The position numbers and the translations under genes were made by a program. DNA of 63,956 nt, filler included, from Conidiobolus incongruus B7586 (Eukaryota): the NCBI GenBank assembly GCA_000697335.1. It is 15 parts of 15 records of this genome, joined end to end, with 100 filler letters (N's around TTAATTAATTAA, not from the genome) between each part and the next. Parts side by side here need not be neighbours in the genome. Positions count along the whole stretch, not along the records: positions 1 to 21,875 come from JNEM01006803.1; 14 more parts are not named here. The stretch is one strand, 5' to 3'. Of this stretch, positions 1-13,433 are shown piece by piece; position 1 is the stretch's first letter, and each line of letters opens with the position of its first letter. Below the pieces are notes generated by a model. It saw only the letters and a list, made by a program, of their open reading frames with translations, had not been told where the DNA came from and did not search any database.

Positions 1-354
1 TTCCAGCTTTAAAATCACAAATCCAGCAATATATGGTAGTTTTAGATAAAGCACCATCTCCATAAGCTGTTTGCAAGTTTTAGATGATTTTAGAGGGTTT
101 ATGGTTAAGTTTTAAAGATACAAAAATAAAAGCCTTTTGATAATCACAATCTGGTTTAAGCATGATTAAATTTAAGTGTAAATTTTAAAATCAAAATATT
201 TTAATAAAAAAAATAATTAAAATTGAATATATATATATAGTTTGAAAATATTTATTTTCCTATATATTTTATATATATATAATCTTTCAAAATGTATAAT
301 ATGTTTGAAAGATCAGAAATTAAAAAATTTGCCATTTCTTAATTTCTATACTAA
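1..354 (-). mobile_element. Mariner (DD34D-type) element, 5' end; defective
   Basis: Minus-strand ATG at 163 gives MLKPDCDYQKAFIFVSLKLNHKPSKII*NLQTAYGDGALSKTTIYCWICDFKAG, a mariner N-terminal HTH. The terminal region 301-354 aligns with the mariner left end at 36680-36731 and is followed by TA. Confidence 0.8.
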
Positions 355-1345
355 TAATCTCAAGTTTATTGTATTAAATTTGATATCAAAAATTTTAAAT
401 TATCTAATGATGTATTTTATGAATTTAAATAATACATTTAATCTTATAAATTTTGATAAATACTATACTTTTAAAATATATTTTAATATAATAAAGAGGT
501 ATAATGATTTTAATATAATATAGTATATTAATTGTTCAATAAGTATCAATATTTAATTATTATTTATCTATTATATGTTATTTTTTTCAAGTTAATTAAT
601 TTAATTAATATTTTGATAAATTGATTTTATTAAAACTTTTTAACTTTTTAATTCAAATATAATATTAAAAAAACCAAATCATCTATATGCTAATACTTTG
701 AATATTTAAAATAAAAATTATTTATTAAAATAATTTCTAAAATCTCTAATTTAAATTAATAACATTTATAGCTTTAATTAATATTAACTTTAGATAATAA
801 AAATTTTAGGGCTTATATTTTATTAAAATTTCTTTTAAAATTACAAATCCTTTGAAATTAATTATAATTTGAATTTTTTAAAACAAAATATATATTAATA
901 TTTTAAGATATAAGTCAATTCTGATTATGAAATTAAGTAATAAAATATTAAGATTAGACTATGATCTATTTAGTTAAATGATTGAATAAAATAGTTAAAA
1001 ATACTACTAATAATTCATTTTTCTAAAGTTACCTTTTGATAATTGAATGATCATTGATTTCAATAGTCAGTTGACAAATTGATTGCTTTTAAGATAATAA
1101 TAAATTTATTCAATCAAAAACTAATTGAAAATATTGATTAGTTGATTAGTAAAGATGACAAGGTTAAAAATATTGTCAATTGGTCAATTTTTGATATAAA
1201 GTTAGTTAATCCTTGGTAAATAATTGGATTTACTATGTATATTATAAATCAATGAAATAATAATATTATAATACTTCTTATTTCCATGACATTATTTTTT
1301 ATTTCAATATTTACTATTATCAAGTAATGAGAATTTTCCAATTAA

Positions 1346-1962
1346 CTAGAAATTCAACTTAAATATATTGGGATTTTTATTTTGTAATTTATACAAAACA
1401 CTGATATTTTCTTTGACTAGCTTCTGTATCGTAGTGTAAGGAACCTTGCGGTAACCCAGGGGAAACATGAGCTTGTAAGTGAAGAAGGAAGGTGCCAATG
1501 AGAAAGCAGAGGCCGCATTATCCAGCAGAGCGAGAGCTCGTCGCTCATAAAATTTGTGAGCGCTAATCTGAAGTGACCAACCAATGACAAAGAGTATAAT
1601 ACAGATGAGGAGAGCTCCAGGGAGGGAAGTATATTTAGCAGCGAGGCTGGCGAGTGAGAACATTTGAAGACTGAATACGAAGGTCACGTTGAGATCGAGG
1701 TAAATGTAGTAAGTAACATAGGGAATCCTATGAGCGCAGCAAAATCGGGTTTGAAGTAGACTAGGAAAATATTGTAAAACCCATGTTTTCGATAGGATGT
1801 TCCCAAGCTTGGCTAATCACATCATCACTCACCAGTTGATGAATTGCACGCAAATTAGGTGCACGAAAATGCTCTCTGGGTTTATTGTGGTATGATTCGT
1901 AAAAGTTTCTGTTGTTCAAGATGCGTGTAATCTTTAATTGAATGCTGATCTGCTTTAAGCAT
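1346..1962 (-). pseudogene. Mpo1-like (DUF962) pseudogene, paralog of 7358..7957
   Basis: ATG at 1962 (MLKADQHSIKDYTHLEQQ), then frameshifted segments FYESYHN and VHLICV..INW* with in-frame stops. The 3' part matches the intact copy (LQISAHK.YE.RA.ALLDNAASAFSLAP). Confidence 0.85.
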
Positions 1963-3070
1963 CTTTAAACTTTAGAAGATGAATCATCATTATTAACTTA
2001 ATCCTCAGTGAAAAAAGAGTTAGTACATAATTCCGCGATTAATATGTAAAAATGAAAAATTAATAAGGAAATTAACCAGTTATCATGTTCATGATTAATT
2101 TTAATTAGAGCTATTGTAAAGATTACTGGAGTATTCATAAAAAATTTAAAAGATTATTTGAGTAAAAATGAATTAAAATAGGTATTCAAAATAGTACTAC
2201 CATTAGTCGAGTAATTTAAAAATACTAAACTAGCAATAAAATTAATTATCAAAAATTAAATTTTGACATTTATGTGGATTGGAATTTTGATTTATATCAA
2301 GTCAATATTCAATTATACTATAAATATCGTATTGATGATTTCAAAAAAGGAAAACTAGGCATTAATTTTCTCTTAATTTTCAAAATATTTATTCCATCTT
2401 AATCAATTTCAAAACACAGCAATATATTAAGAATAGTATCTAATTCTTGAATGAATTCATTGTAATTTACATAATTGAAACAAAGTGAGTTTTAAAATGT
2501 TAATTTGTAACTATTCAAATCACCAATGATCATTTTTAACTTTTGATTTTGGAATATAAATCAATTTGCAAATTTTAAAAATATCAACTATATAATATAT
2601 AGTAATGAAATCAATTATTATTTTCAATATAAAAACTTTTTCTATCATATAAAATTTAAGGAAATCCAACAATCCAAATACTTGATTCAGCTCACTAATA
2701 CTGAATATATCAAAATTATTTCAATTTAAAAACCACTTCAATTCAAATAAATATACTAATTCAATTTTCTATAATAGCTAATATAATTTTATATCAATCT
2801 AAATTATATCTTAAAAAATTTTAATTATTTTATTGACAATGAAAAAATAAGAACCTCAAACTGAGGTAAGGTATGATTCAATTGAAATTAAAACTTTTTA
2901 TAGACTGAAATTTTTGCTCAATGATTATTTTAGCTGATTATTAAATATATAATTAAAATCTTTGGGATTTTAGATTTGTTTTTAAAATTATTTTAATATT
3001 AAAATTTTAATTAATTTTAGTTTAAATCACTCAATTTATTTGTTTAAATTGTAATTGAAGATCTTTCTAA

Positions 3071-4468
3071 TCATTGTCCAAAATTGAAATTAAATGAAAA
3101 TGATGTGGGCTTATTATCATTCTTAGGTTTTTGAGCTTTGCGTCGGAACACTTTCTTGGGTTGGAGTTCTGGGTCAATGTAGGGATGAGGGTCGTTAATA
3201 ATGGTGTCAATAAGTTGGTCGATTTTGGATTTGGGCTCTTGTTTAACGGGTTGTGAAGGGACTGAAGGGGCTGAGGTTGTAGTAAGGGGATTGAGATTGG
3301 GTTGAGATAGTAATGGAGGTTTGGACTGGGACAGTTGGCTAATGATTGAGACAGGTTGCGAAGTTTCTGAATTGTTAGGTTTAGATTCAACAGTTGGTGG
3401 ATTATCATCGGATTGTAAAGGTTTCATTTCTTCTAGAGAATTGTCGTGATTTTCATGTAGAAGCTCATTATTTGATAATTCAATATCTTCTTTCAAATCT
3501 TCATTAAAGATTTGCTCACCATTATCTGTTTCAGAATCTGACTCAGAATCACTACTACTATCGGTACTATCACTATTGCTACTACTGTCATCTTCGATTT
3601 TAGTGGGAGTTGGAATATCACTCCAATCTAAAGTCAAAACTGAATTCATGTTGATGGATATATCCCTGAACACTTTGACATTCTTCTGATAATTTTGGGG
3701 ATCGTAACTCATCTAATACAAATTAATAATCAATCAAATTAACATTAAGATAATACTTACTAAAATGCCGTTAGGTTTTCTAATATTCATTTTACGAGCT
3801 AATCTATCTAATTTTAATTTTTTCCATTCCTAATATATTATTAATACTGAAGTAATTCACCATAAAGAAAATTTACTTTATGTTCAGTATAATTGTCCCT
3901 AGTGATTAAATTCAAATCTTTAGCATGTTCTACCATAATTCTCTTACGAATCTTCTTTTCAACTACGGGTTGAGGATTCAATCGTTCTTGAGTGATTCTA
4001 TCTAATGTGGATTGTTTAGCTTCCTGTAATTTGACTTTGGAGCCTTTCCAGTGTGTATTATTCAAAGCAGTTTTACCTAATAATAATTAATAATGAATAA
4101 TTCATTATAATATTAATTAATTTACATCGTTTCCAATTCTTCTCACTCACTTCTAAAGTTAGGAACCCAAAATCTCTCCTATTGTCTATAACCACTTATT
4201 AAAATTTGTCTGATTTTATATAATTTGAAAATACTTTGAAAATCTTTACAAAATTCGAATTTTTGTTTAAGTTTACCGAATCGAGATAATTTTTCTTCGA
4301 TTTCTGAAGCGTTGAGAGTTGAGGAAATGCCACCAATGTAGATACGTTTTGGAGCTAATCAGAAATTAATAAGGTTTGGGAATTGATTAAAATAAGAAAA
4401 TTAATTGAATTACTTGGTATATCATCAGTTTGGTTAATACTTGATGGTAGTGATGTAACGTCTGTCAT
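3071..4468 (-). CDS. Nucleolar RRM protein, NOL8/Nop8-like (about 6 exons)
   Basis: Spliced from ATG 4468 through ~50-nt GT-AG introns: KRIYIGGI...SRFG...DFGFLTL...CKTALNNTHWKGSKVKLQEAK (NOL8-type RRM). Last exon 3712-3071 has an acidic S/D tract. Confidence 0.75.
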
Positions 4469-4681
4469 ATTCGTTCTAATATAAATCAATTTAATCTTTA
4501 TTGAAATGTAATTGATTTCCTCTCCCAATTATATCTTGGATATTATAAAATTGAAATTATTATGGGATTGATCCTATTCCCATAAATCTTCAAATTTACT
4601 ATAAATTCTTATTCGTTTCCACCACCTCCTCAAATTTCAATTTATTCTCATATAATCCAAATATTAATCGTAATTGTAGTA

Positions 4682-5328
4682 ATGACACTGTTAGAATCTA
4701 CACCAATATCCAATCCTGTGGAATGGACTACCCAACTAGATATTCATTTATTCCAATCAATGAAAGGACTAAAACCTATAGGTAATTCTCCATTCTCTCA
4801 CCAAAATCGCATACTAACTCTTCAAAGGTATTCACAAACATTTTCGCATCATTCAAATTACAGGAAAATTCAACCAAGCTACATCTCTAAACCTAAGTAT
4901 ATCGCAAATTTGGGATCGTCTCAATTTTTATTTCAATTGTTGGGATTTAGATCAACTGGTAATCCTCATAATATCAAGTTATATAGTGAATTAATGAGAT
5001 TTAGGAAATGATGCCAGACGACGATAATGGTCACTATGAGGACTTTGATTTACAGAGATATCCCAATTGGGAGGGTTGGATTAAACAATTTCAATTAGGT
5101 AATCCTTTATTTATTTCTTTTTATAATTACTAATCTATTTTTAATAATTATTAGATAAACAATCTAATGGTAATGATCATTATTCACAATGAAGAAACTA
5201 TTAATCCAATTTTAGATGAAGGAGGATTCACAGATACTGATTCCAAACAAGATCCTACGGATAAGGACGATTATGAACCTACTAGAACTACGAGGTCCAA
5301 ACGTAAAATTAAGAAAGTTAAAAAGTAA
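4682..5328 (+). CDS. EAF7: Chromatin modification-related protein Eaf7 / MRGBP (CT20 family), spliced; 3' end uncertain (5191 or 5328)
   Basis: Spliced product WTTQLDIHLFQSMKGLKPIG|IHKHFRIIQI...IWDRLNFYFNCWDLDQLE matches the CT20 motif (W..E..LF......KP.G.HKHF.M..I...IW..L...Y.L..L). Introns begin GTAAT. Confidence 0.8.
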
Positions 5329-5473
5329 TTAATAAACTAAATTTTAAAATTTTATTTTAATTTTTATTTGTAACTTTGATTTTTTTAAAATTATATATTG
5401 AAAATTTAATTGATTGTTGAAAAAGTCAATTATTCGAAAAAATTGTTGATTGAATTATAATTAATAAAATTAA

Positions 5474-5546
5474 GCCCGGCTAGCTCAATCGGTAGAGCGT
5501 GAGACTCTTAATCTCAAGGTTGTGGGTTCGACCCCCACGTTGGGTG
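5474..5546 (+). tRNA. tRNA-Lys (CTT), intronless
   Basis: GCCCGGCTAGCTCAATCGGTAGAGCGTGAGACTCTTAATCTCAAGGTTGTGGGTTCGACCCCCACGTTGGGTG forms a cloverleaf with a CTT anticodon and TTCGA T-loop. Confidence 0.95.
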
Positions 5547-7357
5547 TTATCACTATTATATCAAATCCTTTTATTTCATATTTGAATTCTTTATTTTTCC
5601 TTTTTTCAAAATGTTTTTTTCACTCAAAATATCTCTATTTTACATTCAATATAAATATTCATTATTCAATAATTCACTTTTAATTTATTTAGAATTAATT
5701 TTTAAATTCTATTATTATACATTTTAATATGATATTATATTACATTTTACATTCATATTTTTTTTCAAATTATTATCTTAAAATTAACTAATAAAATTGT
5801 TCATCAATTATTCAAAATATTTTTAAATTTTTGATATTAAATATTTTTTAAAACTGATTAATTATATATCAGACCTTATTCTTATACAATTATTATTTAT
5901 TATATATTTATATAATTATTATTAAAATAATGCTTTAATCAATTTTATATTTATTTTCAAGTGTGTATGATTAACTAATAAATATTTTCATATTCAACAA
6001 TTTATCAAGTTATAAAACTTTTAATCAATTAGGAACTATAAATAATAATAAATTTTCTCTTGCATTTACTTAATCTGTTACTTTAATTGAAGTGGAATTC
6101 ATATCTGTAAATTCTAGATTATATTATATAGTTAAATTAAAACTAAGTACCCGAAAATTTATCCATTACAATTGCTTTTATGATTGATAAAAAAATAATG
6201 CAAATACATGAATTTATATAAGATGATCAAATTATGATAATGAAATGTTAAGAATATATACTTCATAATAAAATTTTTATAATCATTATTTGATACCTTG
6301 AGTGAGCATTGAATTATTAGAATTTGTGTAGTTGTGAATAATAAACTACGAGTATTTATTTAGCAAAATTTGGAGCTAAATATTCTAAATTATCTGTTTC
6401 ATTAAATCAAATACTGTGGTTATCCAATATGAGAATATCATTTATAATCCAAAACTTTTAACATTATACTTCAAATTCTATATTCAAATATCAATATTTA
6501 AGGATTTCAAAATATGCTGGGACTAATGATTGATATATCTTATAGTTTATAAAAAATTGCTAACAGAAAAAATTATTATATTACAAGATAAATTGAAAGA
6601 ATAATTTCTGTAAATGACTAGACATAATAATATACTATATTAACATCTCGAATATCTTCCATTATTATATAATACGTATTTTATAATAATATTATATTCT
6701 GATATTTTTCTTATAAAAATTGTTTCAATATTAGAATATTCTGAAATATTTAATAATATTTTTTAAAACAAGTTGAAATTTAATGAATTGTTATGATATT
6801 TCAGAATAATATTAGAATTGTAAAAAAAATCAATAGCAATTATAGATAAATAGATGGTAATCATGACTCATCTAGCTCTTATGAATTCTTAACTATTATT
6901 TTTCTAAAATTATAAATTTTCAAGTTCAAAATCATGATTTTAAATAATTGGATATATTATTATATGATATAATATATTTGTTACTTGATGATTTTAGCAT
7001 CATTTTTAAGAATCATCATATAAAAAAATAATAACTATTTTTAAATTGTTTTTAATTTAATATTAATTATAAATTCTTGGTTATTCAGAGTAAGTATGTC
7101 AATATACATTATGAATAAAATTGAATACTCTGCATTAATGCTATTAGACATAAAATAATTTATTTATTCAATTTAGAAAAATTTTTGATTATCTAATTAT
7201 TTAATTTGGTGTGATTGGTAATTTGAATATTCCCAAACTAGGTCTGATCAGTAAACTTGTGATAAATTAACTAATAATCGACCGATTTTGAATCGAATAT
7301 TTAAGGGAGTTGAGGCCATATGATGACGATTAATCTTAAACTTATAATTTTTTTAAA

Positions 7358-7957
7358 ATGTTACAAACAGAACAGAAATCATCTAAAAACTATACATATC
7401 TTGAACAGCAACTAATATTTTATGGCTCTTACCATAATAATCCTGTCAACGTACTTGTACACTTAATTTGCGTGCCTTGTATCAACTGGTGCATATTATT
7501 GTGGCTTTCTAAGCTCGGCAACATTTTGCCAGAAGCGTGGTTTGGTGAGCTGTTCCTAACCTATTTCAAGCCTGATGGCGCAGCTTTGGTGGGATTTGCT
7601 TATATTACTTATTATATATACCTCGATCCCATTGTTGCCTTTGTGTTCTGTTTCCAACAACTCCCTATAATCAGTTACGCCACCAAGTATGCAGCACTTC
7701 CTGAAGGTGTCCCCATCTCCATCGCATTGTTCGTCCTCAGCTGGGCACTTCAGATCAGCGCTCACAAGTACTTTGAAGGCCGTGCACCAGCTTTATTGGA
7801 TAATGCAGCCTCAGCCTTCTCTCTAGCACCCTTCTTCCTCACCCTCGAACTCATGTTCCCCCTCGGCTACCGCAAGGACTTATACGATACCATGCAGAAG
7901 CAAGTCAAGGAAAATATTAAGATTTTTCACAAGTCGCAAAATGAAAAAGTTCAATAA
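7358..7957 (+). CDS. MPO1: Mpo1-like 2-hydroxy fatty acid dioxygenase (DUF962/YGL010W family), 199 aa
   Basis: LEQQLIFYGSYHNNPVNVLVHLICVP and W.LQ...HKYFEGRAPALLDN...LAPFF..LE motifs; several transmembrane segments. Confidence 0.88.
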   Translation: MLQTEQKSSKNYTYLEQQLIFYGSYHNNPVNVLVHLICVPCINWCILLWLSKLGNILPEAWFGELFLTYFKPDGAALVGFAYITYYIYLDPIVAFVFCFQQLPIISYATKYAALPEGVPISIALFVLSWALQISAHKYFEGRAPALLDNAASAFSLAPFFLTLELMFPLGYRKDLYDTMQKQVKENIKIFHKSQNEKVQ

Positions 7958-9639
7958 ATCATTGTGTGTATTTTTGAATTGATTATTTGTTTAAATTACT
8001 TTATACTCTTTTAGGTAATTTTGGTAAATAAGATTTAAATAGTTGATGGTTTTAGTATTATTATTTGAAGCATTTTAATACTACCACTAATTCAATTAAT
8101 AATCCAAACAAATTTTAAATATTAAGATTTGACAAAGATTTGCTTAGATTAAATCATTAAATTGGCACTTAGTTTTTCAATCTAGCCATTTTTATCTAAT
8201 TCAATACTTAATTTTTCAACTATTGCTATCCAATCTAATTATGAAAATCCATTGAACAATACTTTTGTCAACTTCATATTGAAAACAATCAAAATGAAAT
8301 TCGTATTTATATTAGTTCATCATTATAGATAATTGAAATGTTTCTTGAATAATTTATTATTTTTAAAAAATTCAAAAGTTTAACCTAAGCCGAATATTTG
8401 AACTGTATTTGCATAAATCAAAAGTTAATATAATATAAAAATTGAAAAATTCATATGATTTTGAAAAAAAAATATTTTTTTGCAATATTTTTAATATTTA
8501 ATATCTACAATATTAACAAAATTAAGTTTTTTTTAATTCAATAATTTTTTATACAAACTTTCATTGCAAATTGAAATTTATATTGGAAAATTGTATTATA
8601 TACGAAATTGCTAATAGTAATGGATAGAAGGTTGATGAGATTGAATTATGTTTACGATTGGTCTTGTACTGATTGTTGTCATTACTGAGTATATTGGGAA
8701 CTTTGTTTAAGTATTGATATATCTTTTGAATTGTTTGATATAATGTAATTTCAGTATTTCAACTTTTGATTTTTCAATTCAATATATATATGTATATATT
8801 GAATTCACTTTACTTTTAAAAGATGTTTTAAGTTCAAATATATAATTACAATTATATAAATATAATTCATGTTACTATTTTGATAATTTGAATATAATAT
8901 TATGAACAATATTCATTATATGTTCCCATTTATAGACCATAGATTTTATATATCAGATCAGTATAATCACTATTCCATTTTTCCAATATTCGAATTTTAT
9001 TATATTAAAAATAAGATAATAAATTTAAAAAATTTAAATTAAATAAAAGAGAAATATAAAGTTTAATAATATTAAGATTTAAATGTTTTTTTATTACCAC
9101 CTAAAATGAGCCAGATATATATTTCGAATGAAATATAGGTATAATATAGAAAGAATCAAGAACTTTCAATTCAGTCAAACAATCTATACTTAGTTGAAAC
9201 TTTTACAATTAAATTCATCTATTTAAGATTTGAACTATATAATTAATACAATTATCAAGTATGATATACCTATATTATCAAATCACTTGCATATTCCATA
9301 AGTAATACTTTGTAATTCAATTTTTAATAATTTTTATAATTAAATTGATTGATTATGATTAAAAAATATAGAAATTTAATAATATCTATTATAATTTATA
9401 CCAATGAAAATGTTCTAAAATTTAAGAGTAATCATTTAGTTAAAATAGTGAATTTAAAAGTTTAAATAAATTGGAATAATTATTTTGATATGATGATATA
9501 ATATATGTATAGGATAAGAATTATTAAAAAAAATAAATATAAATTGTTTATAATATAAAGTGAATTGGATAGCAAGTGACAATATTAACAAAATTGAGAT
9601 TATAAACTTGACTTTCATTAAAATTTAAGATGATAACCA

Positions 9640-9980
9640 GTAAAAGTTTGGTGATGGAATTGCTCTATATTGCCTATGTGACAGATCTGATCGTGTTTCT
9701 CCTACCATCCACCCAATAGAATCATATCATGTGTATATGACTCAATCTCAATACTGGTATTACTATATAAATACCATCTTTGGTAGAATAACTAAGCCTC
9801 AGCTTGTTATTGTGTGCAATATCTACAATAAACCATACATATTTACCTTAATATATTTCTTTTATTAGTGGTTCATCCACCAGTATACAGCACAGTTCTA
9901 GTTGTGCAGGTTATGGATTGGTGACAACTCCCCATAGATCATGATTTCGGTGATGATGCCACTGAGAACTGTGACAACCT
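9640..9980 (+). pseudogene. Degenerate fragment resembling an APE-type endonuclease (non-LTR retroelement)
   Basis: GC-richer island; motifs GDGIALY ... LVIVCNIYN ... LWIGDN occur in the order expected for GGGVALY / L.I.NIY / I.GDFN, with stops and frameshifts. Confidence 0.3.
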
Positions 9981-9986
9981 GAATAA

Positions 9987-10059
9987 GCCCGGCTAGCTCA
10001 ATCGGTAGAGCGTGAGACTCTTAATCTCAAGGTTGTGGGTTCGACCCCCACGTTGGGTG
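9987..10059 (+). tRNA. tRNA-Lys (CTT), identical second copy
   Basis: Same 73-nt sequence as 5474-5546. Confidence 0.95.
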
Positions 10060-10758
10060 ATATTATCTTTAAGCATATTATTTTATTCCCTTTTTTAATT
10101 CTTTTTTTATATATCTTAAAATTTTTTAAATATTTTTTTGATTTTATCTTTTAACATTATTATATATATTTTTCTCTACATATTTAAAACAATTTATCAA
10201 TCTTTAAACATAGTAATATGGATTTCACATTAACGTGATTGTATCAATTCCTATATTAATAATATTATTATTCAATTATGATATCTGTTATTTAAATTCA
10301 CGATTCAATTAATGAAACATCTATTATTTTTAACATATATTGGAAATATATCATTGAATTATTGTTTTAGATCTGTAATTTGTATTATTATGAGATAACA
10401 TAAATTAGGAATGATTGCAATGTCCAAAAAGATATAAACATTTTTTTAGTTATCAAAAATTACCCTGATATTTGAAATTATAAAGTATATATAATTCAAA
10501 ATCAATATTTAATTTCATATTATATATTGATATTGAATTATTCTAATGCTTTATTTTGAATCCTTTCAGAAATTTTAAAAAATATATCAAAATATAAAAT
10601 AATACAATATTATATTATATTATATTATATTGTTTTGTAAAAGTTTCATTTTATAATTGAAATAATATTATATAAAATATTTTGCAAAAAAGAAAAAAAT
10701 TGAGTTACTAAGTTAAATAAATACTAATATTATTTTTATTTTGATATATTTAGTACTA

Positions 10759-10759
<1 letters not shown>

Positions 10760-10791
<32 letters not shown>
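10760..10791. repeat. (TTA)n microsatellite
   Basis: About 10 tandem TTA units. Confidence 0.8.
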
Positions 10792-12424
10792 GAACTATAT
10801 AAATAATATTTAAAACTTAGTTAAATAAATATATCATTATCAATAAATATTTATATTGTAAATATTACAACATATTTCATAATCGACTTTTAATATGTTC
10901 TAATATCAATTCTGTAAAATAATATACAATTAGCTTAGAATGAATTGTCTTGAATACTATTGACAATTATCACTATTACAAAATATATTACTATTTTATA
11001 ACATCATATCTTAACAATTATAAAGCAAATTGATTATATTGGTTTAGCAAATCATTATAATTCTTGATTATCACCAATTCTAGCTTATTAATATTTTATC
11101 TGTGATATTTTATTGTCAATTTTAAGCAATTTTGTGCTAAAACAAGTTTTTCAAATACCTCTGAAATAAATATATTATCAAGTTCAATTAATTAGAATAC
11201 CCAAATCAAAGTATATTTTCCAGATCAATAATAACAATGTTTAAATTTAATCTAATATATTAATCTCAATTTATTTAAATTTATCAAAATTATTTATTGA
11301 GATTAACTAGATAGTAACCCACCTGACCAACTTCACTCGGCAACCTATTACATAACGAAGATATGACCCCGGAATATCCGTCACGCCACTTCAAAATTTT
11401 ATTCCGCTAAAAACCCAATATATCTCTTTATATCACCTATAGCCAACGAATGGTCTATAAAAAACTATCATCATGACACATTTTCACACCCGGTCTTCTG
11501 TGAAGCCCATTAAAACCAATATAAACCCTAATAAAATAAATTAACCCAAACTACAAAGCAAACCACAGGCAAGCCGTTCTCCTTCCTATTTTCTATTCAC
11601 TATTAACAACTTGTAGAACCACAGTATAATAAAATATGATTAATTAAACTGAATCAGATTTTGCAAGTTTCAAGGCGATTATTTATCAAAATAATACTTT
11701 TTTAAAGGATATTTTCAACATGATTAAATTATAAAATTAATCATTAAATTGTATTTTTCATTATTTAAAAGTTATAATATTATAGATTGGAAATTTTTTT
11801 TCAAATTTTATTCCCAAAAAATAAAATATTCACAATATTATTTCAAATAGTATATTATTAAATTTAGATTATATATTAAGTTAATATATTCAAATATGCC
11901 ATTTATATTTGCAATTTTGATAAAATTTGTTATTTGAAAGAATGTTGATATAATAGTTTTATATTGATATTACGATTCAATCATTATAATCCTAATATCA
12001 GCACCTTTAAGTTGCATAAACTTTTTCTAAAATATTTTACAAACTTCTGCACTATAATATTTTCAAACATACTTTAAAATTTATTTTTATTCACATAATT
12101 TTAATGTAAATTTTTAAATTTAATTTAAAAATTAAATCACCAACTTTTAATTATATCATCAGCTGAATGATACTTTGATAAAATTTTTAAAATATTTTTG
12201 AAAGTTAAAATATCTAATAAAGCAATAATATTAATAAAATATGTAATATTTTACGACTTATATATATTTGAATATCTGGTTATCCCTTATTCCCAGTTCA
12301 GTACTTGTAACTAAAATTCATATGACTCAAAAATCAATGCAACTCGAATTCAATCTTCCCAATTTATCAAAATTGATTGGATTTATGGGGGGAAAAGCGA
12401 AAATCCAATTAAATAGGCTAAAAA

Positions 12425-12451
12425 TTATCACGTGATCAAAGTGACTGGCAA
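12425..12451 (+). promoter_or_regulatory. Conserved upstream module TTATCACGTG-N4-AAGTGACTGGCAA (bHLH E-box plus a second site)
   Basis: Shared with identical spacing upstream of the paralog (19994-20020, minus strand). Confidence 0.65.
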
Positions 12452-12629
12452 TCCTTGAATCCTTTCAACATCGTACAATAATTAAAACGATTATGCAATT
12501 AACCCATAAGTGATTAGTTTGAGGGTTGATGAGGATTTAATTCGGAAAAAAGTAAAAGTTTAGGATCTGTTATTTTATAATTATAATATTGTATAATAAT
12601 AATATTAATATTAATATTAATAATAACTA

Positions 12630-13433
12630 ATGAGTGATACGAAATTAACTTATCCAGTACCATGGTCACAAATTTTGAGTGTTTACCCATTTACTCAAAC
12701 TTTTTTGGCCACTTCGGCTCTTATTTTAATTCTGTTTTTTATCGTTTACCAGTCAAAGGTATTGAAGACTCCCAAGCAACTTAGTTGGTTTATTACTTTT
12801 GTCAATAGTACCACACTATCCATATGTTCTCTGGTGTTTATTTACGATTTGATCCAGAATCCTACCAACTTGGATAGATTCTTCGAGTCTACCGCATTTA
12901 GCGTCATATTAACATCCTTCTTTGTCGCTACTCTGTTCTGGGATATGGTTTTAGGGGCAATCTTTTATCCTGGATATATTGACCTTATCACTGGTTGGCT
13001 CCACCACATTGCCTATATTTTTGCTATGTTGCTAGTAACAAGATTGGGTCTCACTCAATTCTACTGTCTCATGTGCCCTATGGAAGCCCCTACCGTGGTT
13101 CTATCCCTCGGCAGTATGAATAAATCACTCCGCCGTGACTGGCTCTTCGGAACATTGTTTTTCGTCACTCGCATCGTGTACCATCTGTATTCGATCATTT
13201 CTTGGTATTCCATCACAGGCAACACTCAACTCGTAGCCATTTTAATTGCTTTTTACCCTATGCATGTTATTTGGTTCCGAGGTTTCATCCTTCAGCAGAT
13301 CAGACTGTTCAAAAATCCCAACGGCACCAAGAAAACTAATGATCCCCTCCTCAATAGCTTTAACGGGGTCGACTCCAGCAACGAAGAGAGACTTAAAGGT
13401 TACTTCTCTAAAGATCGTAAAAACTCTAGTTAA
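12630..13433 (+). CDS. TLC (TRAM/LAG1/CLN8) domain membrane protein, 267 aa
   Basis: Multi-TM protein with D..LG..FYP.....TGWLHH..Y, MEAPT..L.LG and LFG.LFF.TRI.YH, typical of fungal TLC proteins. Confidence 0.85.
   Translation: MSDTKLTYPVPWSQILSVYPFTQTFLATSALILILFFIVYQSKVLKTPKQLSWFITFVNSTTLSICSLVFIYDLIQNPTNLDRFFESTAFSVILTSFFVATLFWDMVLGAIFYPGYIDLITGWLHHIAYIFAMLLVTRLGLTQFYCLMCPMEAPTVVLSLGSMNKSLRRDWLFGTLFFVTRIVYHLYSIISWYSITGNTQLVAILIAFYPMHVIWFRGFILQQIRLFKNPNGTKKTNDPLLNSFNGVDSSNEERLKGYFSKDRKNSS

Noticed and set aside
242..523. 93-aa ORF; likewise 27142..27354 and 50482..50673
   Set aside because: I/N/K/F/Y-rich chance ORFs in extremely AT-rich DNA with no motifs.
11310..11630. C-rich coding-like island ending in AATAAA (LINE 3' end?); similar island at 27380-27700
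   Set aside because: No convincing protein motif in the frames I translated; left unassigned.
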